The position numbers and the translations under genes were made by a program. Positions 1 to 9,031 of a stretch of 64,000 nt of DNA are shown piece after piece. The first letter of the stretch is position 1, and the number at the start of each line of letters is the position of its first letter. This DNA comes from Clostridia bacterium (GTDB lineage Bacteria; Bacillota; Clostridia; Oscillospirales; CAG-272), in assembly GCA_017481225.1 (NCBI GenBank), contig JAFUPM010000026.1:8418-72417 (forward strand), read 5' to 3'. The notes below the pieces were generated by a model. It ran no database searches. It worked only from the letters and a program-made list of their open reading frames with translations, and was not told where the DNA came from.

Positions 1-553
1 CTGCCGCGAAGGCTGCGCGCGCCGTGTCGTAGTCGCAGGTGGAGTGACCTATGGAGACGACGGCAGGACATTCTCTGATAAAATCAAGGGCGCCCTCGGA
101 CTCGGGAGCGAGGGTAATCTTTTTAACCTTCTTGCACCTTTTAATAAGCTCCATTGTGGGAGGAATAACGAATCTTTCGTTTTGCGCTCCCTTGTATTTT
201 GCGTTAATGAAGGGACCCTCCAGGTGGAAGCCGGGGATATTCGCTCCGCGGATGTTGGAAAGGTCAACGCTTGTTGCGCGGACGATATCCTCTTTGCTGA
301 CAGTCATTGTGGTGGGGTACCAGGTGGTGGTGCCGCATTTGAGATAATACTCCGACATCTCCTGAAGGTCGGCGTCCATAGTATCCTTGCCTATACAGCC
401 GTGGCTGTGAGTGTCAATAAGACCGGGGTAAATTTTCGCGCCGCCAAAATCAACGCCGTCACCTGTAAGCTTGCCGATATCTGCGATTTTCCCGTTCTCT
501 ACGGCTATATCCACAAGCTCGCCTTTATGTAAAACGTTCTTAATAAGCTTCAT
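1..553 (-). CDS. nagA: N-acetylglucosamine-6-phosphate deacetylase, partial (C-terminus lies beyond the window edge)
   Basis: The ORF runs off the left edge, so it is absent from the track. The ATG at 551-553 (minus strand) is preceded by a GAGGT RBS. The translation MKLIKNVLHKGELVDIAVENGKI..PGLIDTHSHG..GTTTWYPTTMT..GFHLEGPFIN..GAQ..ITLAPE..IGHS follows the NagA amidohydrolase motif order. Confidence 0.85.
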   Translation of the reverse strand, partial: MKLIKNVLHKGELVDIAVENGKIADIGKLTGDGVDFGGAKIYPGLIDTHSHGCIGKDTMDADLQEMSEYYLKCGTTTWYPTTMTVSKEDIVRATSVDLSNIRGANIPGFHLEGPFINAKYKGAQNERFVIPPTMELIKRCKKVKKITLAPESEGALDFIRECPAVVSIGHSTCDYDTARAAFAA

Positions 554-682
554 ATAATACCTCACACAGGAGAGTACCCCGACGGACGTCGGAGGCAGGC
601 GAAAGCGTGCCCCCTCTCCCGCTTTCTTTTTATCCTTTATTATATTGTAACCGAAAGCGGCTCAATTGTCAATACGAAAGCC

Positions 683-712
683 TTGACAAATATCGCCCAC
701 ATAGGGTATAAT
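683..712 (+). promoter_or_regulatory. Sigma-A type promoter (TTGACA-18-TATAAT) for the methyltransferase gene
   Basis: TTGACA lies at 683-688 and TATAAT at 707-712, about 120 nt upstream of the ATG at 831. Confidence 0.5.
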
Positions 713-830
713 ACCCTTGTCGGACGGGCGGGGAAGATACTCTCGCCAAGGTCCCGTTTCTTTATTTTGTTAGTTTGTGAGCTTTGTCCGCGGCTTTTAG
801 GTTGAGGGCTTGCTTGGAGGTGGAGAATTT

Positions 831-1964
831 ATGAAGCTTGAGCTTGTTGCAACCTGCCTTTTCGGTCTCGAGCATCTTCTCGGTGAGGAGATAGAGGCTT
901 TAGGCTATGAGAGAATATCGACGATAGACGGAAGAATTACCTTCCTTGGAGACGAGGAGGCTGTGGCTCTTTCGAATATTTTCCTTCGCTATGCGGAGAG
1001 AGTTTATATTAAGGTAGGCTCCTTCCGCGCGGATAGCTTCGAGGAGCTGTTTGAGGGCACTCGCGCACTTCCTTGGGCGGACTATATCGGAAAAGACGAT
1101 ATCTTCCCTGTGAAGGGTCATGCCATTCGCTCAAAGCTCCACTCCATACCCGACTGCCAGGCAATAGTTAAAAAGGCGGTGGTCAGAGCTATGACGGAAA
1201 GGTACGGAATATCCATTTTCCCCGAGGAGGGCGTGAAATACCAGATAGAATTTTTCATACTCAACGACGTTGCAACGCTGATGATAGATACCTCGGGCAC
1301 ACCTCTGCACAAGAGAGGATACAGACGTGACTCTCTCGGCGCGCCTATAAGAGAAACTCTGGCGGCGGCTATTGCCGCTATATCGAGGCCGAGGGAAAAC
1401 GTGCTGCTCTGGGACCCTATGTGCGGCAGCGGAACTATCGCTATTGAGGCGGCAATGATGATGCGAAAAATTGCCCCGGGTGTAAGGAGAAGCTTTGCCG
1501 CGGAGGAGTTTAATTTTATCCCGAAGAGCGTGTGGAGCTCGGCTCGCGAGGAGGCGAAGGACGGGGAGAGTGTCTCAAATTTCAAGGTTTATGCATCCGA
1601 CATTGACTCTGAGGCTGTAGCCTTGGCGGAAAAGAATGTTTCTATTGCAGGCGTTGCCGATACCGTGAAGGTATTCCGCGCCGACGCGCGCAAAATATCC
1701 TCCGAGGGTATGCGCGGAACTATTGTAACAAATCCCCCCTATGGCGAAAGGCTGGGTACGCAGCGCGAGGCGGAGAGGCTATACCGCGAGATTGGCGAGC
1801 ATTTCAGGTCGCTTTCCCCCTGGCAGGTTTATATTATTACCTCCCACCCGAGCTTTGAGCGCTTCTACGGAAAGAGGGCGGATAAGGTCAGAAAGCTATA
1901 CAACGGTATGCTGCCATGTTACCTGTATCAGTACTTTAAAAATGGCGAAAAACCCAGAAAATGA
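831..1964 (+). CDS. THUMP-domain class I SAM-dependent RNA (N6-adenine/guanine-type) methyltransferase, COG0116-like
   Basis: The track ORF is 810-1964. I prefer the ATG at 831 because a GGAGGTGGAG RBS lies at 817-826. Supporting motifs are DPMCGSGTI (SAM binding) and NPPYGERL (catalytic). Confidence 0.8.
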   Translation: MKLELVATCLFGLEHLLGEEIEALGYERISTIDGRITFLGDEEAVALSNIFLRYAERVYIKVGSFRADSFEELFEGTRALPWADYIGKDDIFPVKGHAIRSKLHSIPDCQAIVKKAVVRAMTERYGISIFPEEGVKYQIEFFILNDVATLMIDTSGTPLHKRGYRRDSLGAPIRETLAAAIAAISRPRENVLLWDPMCGSGTIAIEAAMMMRKIAPGVRRSFAAEEFNFIPKSVWSSAREEAKDGESVSNFKVYASDIDSEAVALAEKNVSIAGVADTVKVFRADARKISSEGMRGTIVTNPPYGERLGTQREAERLYREIGEHFRSLSPWQVYIITSHPSFERFYGKRADKVRKLYNGMLPCYLYQYFKNGEKPRK

Positions 1965-2032
1965 CAATTAATATTTACAAAATGCGGTGTTTTGCAAATT
2001 TTCTTGCGGTTTTTCTACATCACATATTTTAA

Positions 2033-2076
2033 AAGGCAACCCGATTTTTTGTTTTCGGGTTGCCTTACTTTTTTAT
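2033..2076. terminator. Bidirectional intrinsic terminator between convergent genes
   Basis: A 12-bp perfect stem joins aaggcaacccga (2033-2044) and tcgggttgcctt (2055-2066). It is flanked by an A-run and a T-run. Confidence 0.7.
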
Positions 2077-2128
2077 TCACCTTGGGTTATCCTGCTTGTT
2101 TTGTTCGTTTCGGGTAGTCTTGCTTATT

Positions 2129-2719
2129 TTATTCGCCTATACCAAGCTTTGAAAGGTTCGGGAACAGCGGCTCGCGTAACATTCTGCAGGCGACCTTAGC
2201 CATATCTTGGGTTGAGGTGGCGAAGCCGTCTCTGTACCAATTTATCATAGTGTATACAAGACCTGAAAAGGCAAATTTGAATATGGACTCGCTTATATCT
2301 CTGTCCTCGTCGGGAAGGAACTTTTCCAGCATAATAACGTCCTTCACGGGGTAGGAAATGTTGCGCTCTATGAGCGTACCCACAAGCCCCGAACGGTCCA
2401 GGGCGTTGAGAAGGTACTGCTTGGATATCCAGAACTTGAAATACTCCTCAAGCTCGCGGCGCAGGGAACGGTTGGGCTCCTGGCTTTTGTCCACCGTGAA
2501 GCCTGAGTATTCCGCCATGGTGTGGTCTATGAGGGCGTAAAGAGCGTCATCCTTGCTGTCAAAATAGCGGTAGAACGCCTTCCTTGGCATATTCATTTTC
2601 TCCGACAGCTCGGTTATGGTAATATCCTCGTAGCGTTTGATGCTCATAAGCTCGAGAAGGCAATTTTCTATCTCTCTTTGCCTTCTTGCGGACGACTCGG
2701 TTTTGCATATTTTATACAT
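2129..2719 (-). CDS. TetR/AcrR family transcriptional regulator
   Basis: This 196-aa protein has an N-terminal HTH (ITITELSEKMNMPRKAFYRYFDSKDDAL) typical of TetR_N. It is divergent from the transporter/GH2 genes. Confidence 0.85.
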   Translation of the reverse strand: MYKICKTESSARRQREIENCLLELMSIKRYEDITITELSEKMNMPRKAFYRYFDSKDDALYALIDHTMAEYSGFTVDKSQEPNRSLRRELEEYFKFWISKQYLLNALDRSGLVGTLIERNISYPVKDVIMLEKFLPDEDRDISESIFKFAFSGLVYTMINWYRDGFATSTQDMAKVACRMLREPLFPNLSKLGIGE

Positions 2720-2922
2720 AGTCTTACTCCTGCGGCAGGGTTTTCATTCACATATAAATTGTATCAAATTTCGTCGGTTGAGTCAAGTCTTTTTGGTGTT
2801 TTATACCTTTTTTACCTTTATTTTCCCGGTTCTTTGTGCATATTGTATAAATAAATGTACTAAAATTTGTCTCGGGGGTGTCACAAAAGTGGCACTTTGG
2901 TACTTTTAAAATGTTTAATACT

Positions 2923-2940
2923 CTGTTATAATTATAACAG
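2923..2940. promoter_or_regulatory. Perfect 18-bp palindrome CTGTTATAATTATAACAG, a candidate TetR operator overlapping a -10 box
   Basis: The palindrome was read directly from the sequence. It contains TATAAT (2927-2932) and lies 33 nt upstream of the transporter ATG, between that gene and the divergent TetR gene. Confidence 0.5.
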
Positions 2941-2972
2941 CCAATAAAAATTATATTTTTCAGGAGGTTAAA

Positions 2973-4448
2973 ATGGCTAAACAAGTTCAACTTGATGCAA
3001 ATGGCAAGCGTAAGTTTTCCATTCGCGACAGCGTGGCTTACGCCGCAGGCGACCTTGGTTGTAATATGAGCTTTGCGCTCAAAGGAACTATGGCGCTTTT
3101 CTGGACTCAGGTAATGGGCCTCAGTCTTTGGTATTCTCTTCTTCTCGTAATAGTTCAGGTATGGGATGCAATTAACGACCCGCTTATCGGTACTATTATC
3201 GACTCCGACAGACGTCATTATAAGAGAAATAAGTTTCTCTCTTACATATGGTTCGGCTCTATCGGACTTATCGTTGGAGGCGCGCTTTGCTTCCTTCCGT
3301 TCCCCGGCGCTCCCTTGTGGGCAAAGATTGTTATCTTTATCGCCGGCTACGTAGTTTGGGATGCGTTCTATACCATTGCTAACGTTCCTTACGGCTCTCT
3401 TCTTTCTCTTATCTCGAAGGAGCCTGCAGACAGAGCATCTCTTTCTGCTTGGCGTTCCATCGGCTCTATGGTAGGAAATATGCTTCCTATGGTTATTCTT
3501 CCCTTTATCATTTACGAGGAAGATGGCGTAACATTGAACGGTAATATGGTATTCGTTGCCGCTCTCATAATGGGCGTTCTCGGATTTATCTGCTTCCAGT
3601 TTATGATTCGCAACACCGAGATTCGCGTTGAAGAAGAAATTAAGGTCGGCGAAGAACAGCCTAAGTTCAACGTTTTTGAGGCTCTTAAGAACTTCTGCCT
3701 TAACCGTCCCGCAGTAGGCGCAACTCTCGCCGCTATGGGTATGTTTATAGGTATGCAGGGCGCAGCTACCGCGGTATCCGTTGTGTTCCAGACGTATTTC
3801 CAGAATGCACAGATTTCGGGTATTGTTCAGATGTTCTCTATGATTCCCATTTTAGTTTTCACTCCTCTTGCCCGTAAGATGGTTACTAAGTACGGTAAAA
3901 AGGAGCTCTCCGTTATAGGCGCTATTTGCTCTATATGCGGCGGTCTTGCTCTCTTTATTATTACTCCGGATAATACCGCTCTTGACCTCGTATTTTACGT
4001 TATAGCACAGCTTATATACAGCCTTGGCCTTGGCATCTACTCCACTGTTTCCTGGGCAATGATGGGTGACGCTATCGACTACAACGAGTGGAAGACCGGT
4101 AAGCGCGAGGAGGGCGTGGTTTACTCGCTTCACTCCTTCTTCAGAAAGCTCGCACAGGGTATCGGTCCTGCGTTTGCGCTTGTAATAATGAGCTGGCTCG
4201 GTTACGTTAATAACGACATCAACGAGGCAGGAGAGGCTTATATAAACGTTGAAAAGTTCATTGGCACTCAGGTTCCGATTAACCTTCGCGTTCTCGTTGC
4301 CGCGCTCTTCCTTGTAGCTGCTGTTATGCAGTTCGTAGGTCTTGCTCTTGTTTATAACCTTGACAAAAAGACCCTCGAGAAGATGAACGCTGAGCTTGCT
4401 GAGCGTCACGTGGCGGCAGAGGCAGTCGAGGTAGCTGAAAACGCATAA
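2973..4448 (+). CDS. MFS transporter, glycoside-pentoside-hexuronide (GPH):cation symporter family
   Basis: This 491-aa protein has about 12 predicted hydrophobic helices. Its N-terminus (AYAAGDLGCNMSF..WDAINDPLIGTIID) matches the MelB/UidB/YicJ-type signature, and it sits next to a GH2 gene. Confidence 0.8.
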   Translation: MAKQVQLDANGKRKFSIRDSVAYAAGDLGCNMSFALKGTMALFWTQVMGLSLWYSLLLVIVQVWDAINDPLIGTIIDSDRRHYKRNKFLSYIWFGSIGLIVGGALCFLPFPGAPLWAKIVIFIAGYVVWDAFYTIANVPYGSLLSLISKEPADRASLSAWRSIGSMVGNMLPMVILPFIIYEEDGVTLNGNMVFVAALIMGVLGFICFQFMIRNTEIRVEEEIKVGEEQPKFNVFEALKNFCLNRPAVGATLAAMGMFIGMQGAATAVSVVFQTYFQNAQISGIVQMFSMIPILVFTPLARKMVTKYGKKELSVIGAICSICGGLALFIITPDNTALDLVFYVIAQLIYSLGLGIYSTVSWAMMGDAIDYNEWKTGKREEGVVYSLHSFFRKLAQGIGPAFALVIMSWLGYVNNDINEAGEAYINVEKFIGTQVPINLRVLVAALFLVAAVMQFVGLALVYNLDKKTLEKMNAELAERHVAAEAVEVAENA

Positions 4449-4479
4449 TTTGCGCAATTTAACTCTTGATGTGTGAAGT

Positions 4480-4517
4480 TCGGCGCTCGGCAAATCTTAG
4501 TCGGGCGCCGATTTTTT
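4480..4517 (+). terminator. Intrinsic terminator after the transporter gene
   Basis: The stem tcggcgctcg / cgggcgccga has one mismatch and is followed by TTTTTT (4512-4517). Confidence 0.6.
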
Positions 4518-4614
4518 AAATAAAAGTTTACAAAATCCTATATATTATATATTGAAATGAAGGGTTAACTTTGTTAAAATAAAGATAAAGTTAATTAACT
4601 TAAAGGAGTACTAA

Positions 4615-6876
4615 ATGAGAAATATTCTGAAAATAAACGAGGGCTGGTCCTTCGTTAAGGACAGCGCATATCCCGTGTCGGGCGAGGCTACACTTGTTAA
4701 CCTTCCTCACAGCTGGAACGCGGTGGACGGTCAGGACGGCGGCAACGACTACTTCCGCGGCTCTTCTGTTTACACAAAAATTATTGACAAGTCCACACTC
4801 CCCGAGGGTAACCACTACCTTGAGATACGCGGCGCGAATTCCTCCGCTGACGTATATCTTAACGGCGAGCATCTTCGCCACCACGACGGCGGCTACTCCA
4901 CCTGGAGAGTAAACCTTACGGCAGCTCTTAAGGACAGAGAGAACGAGCTTAGTATCGTTGTTAACAACGAGGCAAACGAGACGGTTTACCCCCAGATGGC
5001 TGACTTCACCTTCTACGGCGGTATTTACAGAGACGTATATATCGTCACCGTTCCCGACACTCATTTCGACCTTGATTACTACGGCGCACCCGGCATTATG
5101 ATAACCCCCAAGGTTGAGGGAGCTGATGCGGCTGTTACCGTCGAGGTATTTGCAACCGAGCTTTCCGAGGGTCAGAGGCTTGTATACACCCTCTACGATA
5201 AGGACGAAAACGAGCTTGATAAAATTGAGTCCACCGAAAAGAAGGTTACCTTTGATATTAAGGACGTGCATCTCTGGCACGGCAGACGCGACCCCTACCT
5301 CTACTGCTGCGAGGCTGAAATCGTCGAGGGCGACGAGGTTTTGGATAACGTTTGCTCAAGGTTCGGCTGCCGCACCTTCGAGATTAATCCCGAGCGCGGA
5401 TTTATCCTTAACGGCGAGGAGTATCCTCTGCGCGGTGTATCCCGTCACCAGGACAGACTCGGCATAGGTAACGCTCTTCTTCCCGAGCATCACAAGGAGG
5501 ATATGGAGCTTATTTGCGAGGTTGGCGCGACTACAATCCGCTTGGCTCACTATCAGCACGACCAGTACTTCTACGATTTGTGCGACGAGTACGGTATGGT
5601 TGTATGGGCTGAAATTCCCTATATTTCAAGGCACATGCCCGGCGGTAGAGAGAACACCGTATCACAGATGAAGGAGCTTATCTCCCAGAACTACAACCAC
5701 CCCTCTATCGTGGTTTGGGGACTTTCCAACGAAATCTCCATTGCAGGCTCTGACGACGACCTTCTTGAGAACCACAGAATTCTCAACGACCTTTGCCACG
5801 ATATGGATAAGACCCGCCTTACCACAATTGCGGCGGTTTCTATGTGCAAGATGGACGACCCCTATATCCAGATTCCCGACGTCGTTTCCTACAACCATTA
5901 CTTTGGCTGGTACGGCGGCGAAACCTCTATGAACGGTCCTTGGTTCGATAAGTTCCACGCAATGCACCCCTCAATTCCTATCGGCTGCTCCGAGTACGGC
6001 TGTGAGGCTCTCAATTGGCACACCTCCGACCCCAAGCAGGGCGACTACACCGAGGAATATCAGGCGTACTACCACGAGGAGCTTATAAAGCAGCTCTTCT
6101 CCCGTAAGTACCTTTGGGCAACTCACGTTTGGAATATGTTCGATTTCGGCGCCGATGCGCGCGCTGAGGGCGGCGAGAACGGACAGAACCACAAGGGTCT
6201 TGTTACTATGGACAGAAAGTATAAGAAGGACGCCTTCTTTGCTTACAAGGCTTGGCTTTCCGACGAGCCCTTCGTTCACCTTTGCGGCAAGAGATATATT
6301 GACAGAGTTGAGGACGTAACCAAGGTTACGGTTTACTCCAACCTTCCCGAGGTTGAGCTGTTTGTCAACGGCGAGTCCGTAGGCAAAAAGTCTGCGCCCG
6401 ACCATTTCTTCTACTTTGAGGTGAAGAATGTAGGTGAAAGCAAGATTGTTGCCAAGGCGGGCGAGCTTTCCGACGAGGGCGTAATCCGCAAGGTAGACGA
6501 GATGAATATGGACTACGTTCTCGTAGAGAAGGGCGCGGTTCTTAACTGGTTCGACGTAAACGCTCCCGAGGGACGCTTCTCCCTTAACGATAAGCTCGGC
6601 GATATTATGCAGAGCTTCTGGGGCAAGCTTTGGTTTATGAAGCTTGGTCTGACTATGAAAAAGAAAATGGCAGCGGGCAAAAAGGACCCCGATAAGAAGG
6701 GCGGCTTTGACGTTGATATGTCCGCAGGCGGCGGCCTTATGGAAATGATGGGCAGCTTTACCGTGCTTCGACTTGCAAGCATGATTAGTATGGCTAACGT
6801 CACCTTCACCAAGGAGGAGCTGCTTAAGATGAACCGTCAGCTCAACCGCATCAGAAAGCCTAAGGCTAAGAAGTAA
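4615..6876 (+). CDS. Glycoside hydrolase family 2 protein (beta-galactosidase/beta-glucuronidase-like)
   Basis: This 753-aa protein has NHPSIVVWGLSNE (acid/base Glu region), CSEYGCEA (nucleophile Glu region) and HVWNMFDF. A Lys-rich C-terminal tail is also present. Confidence 0.85.
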   Translation: MRNILKINEGWSFVKDSAYPVSGEATLVNLPHSWNAVDGQDGGNDYFRGSSVYTKIIDKSTLPEGNHYLEIRGANSSADVYLNGEHLRHHDGGYSTWRVNLTAALKDRENELSIVVNNEANETVYPQMADFTFYGGIYRDVYIVTVPDTHFDLDYYGAPGIMITPKVEGADAAVTVEVFATELSEGQRLVYTLYDKDENELDKIESTEKKVTFDIKDVHLWHGRRDPYLYCCEAEIVEGDEVLDNVCSRFGCRTFEINPERGFILNGEEYPLRGVSRHQDRLGIGNALLPEHHKEDMELICEVGATTIRLAHYQHDQYFYDLCDEYGMVVWAEIPYISRHMPGGRENTVSQMKELISQNYNHPSIVVWGLSNEISIAGSDDDLLENHRILNDLCHDMDKTRLTTIAAVSMCKMDDPYIQIPDVVSYNHYFGWYGGETSMNGPWFDKFHAMHPSIPIGCSEYGCEALNWHTSDPKQGDYTEEYQAYYHEELIKQLFSRKYLWATHVWNMFDFGADARAEGGENGQNHKGLVTMDRKYKKDAFFAYKAWLSDEPFVHLCGKRYIDRVEDVTKVTVYSNLPEVELFVNGESVGKKSAPDHFFYFEVKNVGESKIVAKAGELSDEGVIRKVDEMNMDYVLVEKGAVLNWFDVNAPEGRFSLNDKLGDIMQSFWGKLWFMKLGLTMKKKMAAGKKDPDKKGGFDVDMSAGGGLMEMMGSFTVLRLASMISMANVTFTKEELLKMNRQLNRIRKPKAKK

Positions 6877-7142
6877 TTTTTACAGGGAGAACGCGTTTTT
6901 CTAAGCTGTACGTAAGCTGACTTTACACAGCGGAGTAGGCGAAATTTTGCGCACCCTGAGAGGGAAGCTTTGTTAGAGAGCCGGAGTTTAGACTTGCACC
7001 CGAGAGGGAAGCTTCGTCACTAAATTTCAGCCGAAAAGCTCAGCGCTCAAAGAAGGCTGACTTTCGGCACAGAGGCTGTGGCGCGATGCTCTCGCGCGGT
7101 GGCAAATGCGCTCTCTAACAGCGGTAAAAGAAAAATGAAAAT

Positions 7143-7198
7143 AAAAAAGCAGGCACTGCTCGCAAACCCACCGCGGGGCGCGTTTAGTGCCTGTTTTT
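7143..7198. terminator. Bidirectional terminator between convergent GH2 and acyltransferase genes
   Basis: The stem caggcact (7150-7157) / agtgcctg (7186-7193) has an A-run before it and TTTTT after it. Confidence 0.6.
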
Positions 7199-7224
7199 CA
7201 TACTTTAATTTACATTTTTGTGTT

Positions 7225-8622
7225 TTATTGACCGTCTGATTGGGATTTACCTGTAATTTTCGCAAGCTCCTCTTCCGACATTTTTCCTATAACAGTGGTC
7301 CCCTCCGAAGTGCTGACGAAGCGAGCTTTCGCGAGATTTTCCTCTTTTTCTGCCTTCGCCTTGGCGTTCGCTATCTTATAAAGCTCCTCCGCCGCAAGTC
7401 GGGTTTTGGCTACTATGTCGCCCTCAACCTTAGGGAAGCAGTAGAAGAGATGCTCGTTGTTGCCTATGGAAATAACGTCTCCAAGCTCGTACCAATTGAA
7501 GTCGGAGTTTACGGTGTAGCTTGCTCGGGTTTTCTGCTCGTAGTGGAGCTTACCCTCGCAGCCGTCAAGGGTGAAGCCCGACTCCTCGTGAACGAGTCTG
7601 CCCTCGCCCACGTGGTAAAGGTGAAGGGTGTCTACGGTCATACAAATATCGACGGGTATATCCAGCCTGTATTTGCCTTCCTCAATTTCGGCTCTTACAC
7701 ACTGACGCTCCCATTTATACCAATCGGGAACGTGGGTGAATTTCGTCTCGGCATTGTCGCAGCTGAGGTAGCCGTATTCGTCCAGCGTATAGCTAACGCC
7801 GCACTCCTTACAGCGAAGCTTCGTGCCCTCGCCCTGCATTTTCCCCTCCGTGCCGCAGTGGGGGCATGTGTAGAGGACGCGGTTCAGATAGTCGGCGCGG
7901 AAGGGCTCGTCAATTTTAATATGATTTTCCTGCTGCCAGGCGAAGTTGTCAAAGGAAAATTCGCGGTCAACAATCTCGCCAATCTCCTCTGCGCTCATTC
8001 TCTCAATATCCTCGACAGACAGCACGTATCTTTCGGTTGCGGACACCTCAACGCTTCTCCGCTGAAGGTTGTTATACAGCGGGTCGCGGGAGAATGCCCC
8101 GTAGGCGTGTATCATTATTACGGGAATTTTCAGCATTTTTATCAGCGCAGGGGTGGTCTCGGGAAGGGTGGTTGAGGTTCCGTCGAAGGAGTAGCCTGCC
8201 TCGGGGAAAAGGACTATGGAGCTTTTCTGCTTCCTTACCGCGTGTAGTATATCTCGGACAAGGGTTGTGTCCTGGACAAATTTATTGGTTGGGATACAGC
8301 CAATCCACCGCATAAGGGCGTCCTTGCCTATAAAGCCATCACCCGTTGTAATAATGTTGAAGGGACGTGGATAGAGCATAGATGCCACAATCTCAAGGTC
8401 AATAAAGCTTGAGTGGTTCATAAGGAAAAGGGCGGGCTCGTCCTTTCCGAGCTTCTCCATATCTATTTTCTCGTGGTGGAAATGGGTTTGCATAAGGTCG
8501 GGGACAGCCACAAGCTTCAGGAGAGTTCTGAAGAACATATTCGGGCGTATGGGCTTTTTGTGTTTTTTGTGCTTGATGCTTTGTACCTCGTCGTAGGATT
8601 TTTCTATAACCTTAATTTTCAT
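7225..8622 (-). CDS. Lysophospholipid (1-acyl-sn-glycerol-3-phosphate) acyltransferase family protein with a C-terminal zinc-ribbon region
   Basis: The track ORF extends to 8715. I prefer the start MKIKVIEKSY at 8622. The HX4D motif NHSSFID and FPEAG are present, followed later by CPHCG..CKECG. Confidence 0.7.
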   Translation of the reverse strand: MKIKVIEKSYDEVQSIKHKKHKKPIRPNMFFRTLLKLVAVPDLMQTHFHHEKIDMEKLGKDEPALFLMNHSSFIDLEIVASMLYPRPFNIITTGDGFIGKDALMRWIGCIPTNKFVQDTTLVRDILHAVRKQKSSIVLFPEAGYSFDGTSTTLPETTPALIKMLKIPVIMIHAYGAFSRDPLYNNLQRRSVEVSATERYVLSVEDIERMSAEEIGEIVDREFSFDNFAWQQENHIKIDEPFRADYLNRVLYTCPHCGTEGKMQGEGTKLRCKECGVSYTLDEYGYLSCDNAETKFTHVPDWYKWERQCVRAEIEEGKYRLDIPVDICMTVDTLHLYHVGEGRLVHEESGFTLDGCEGKLHYEQKTRASYTVNSDFNWYELGDVISIGNNEHLFYCFPKVEGDIVAKTRLAAEELYKIANAKAKAEKEENLAKARFVSTSEGTTVIGKMSEEELAKITGKSQSDGQ

Positions 8623-9031
8623 AGTGGCAGCCTTTCTTTCGGGGATTTTTCGGCATCTGCGTTTTGGGCGTTGCCGCGCATCTTCTTCGCCGTCGGCTTG
8701 AGGCTTGCGAGACAAGTCTTTTATATTTTAACATATTACGGTGTATTTTTCAAGGCTTTTGTAAACTTTGGTTGATCTATGTTAATAAATTATCGCATAA
8801 TTCGAAATATTTTAATCGAAATTGCACGAGCGTAATGATAAAAGATAAACGAACGAGCAGCAAAGTGCTGTGCAAAAGGCATATAATTTCGAGGTGAAGG
8901 AAAAACAAATCCGAGCTAGAGTAAAAAAACATATCAAGACTAAAGAAAAACAAATATCGGCTACACCTTGATTTTTACCTGTGGATTATATATAATATAT
9001 GTATAAACGTGCATAGTTAAATGGAGGGGTT

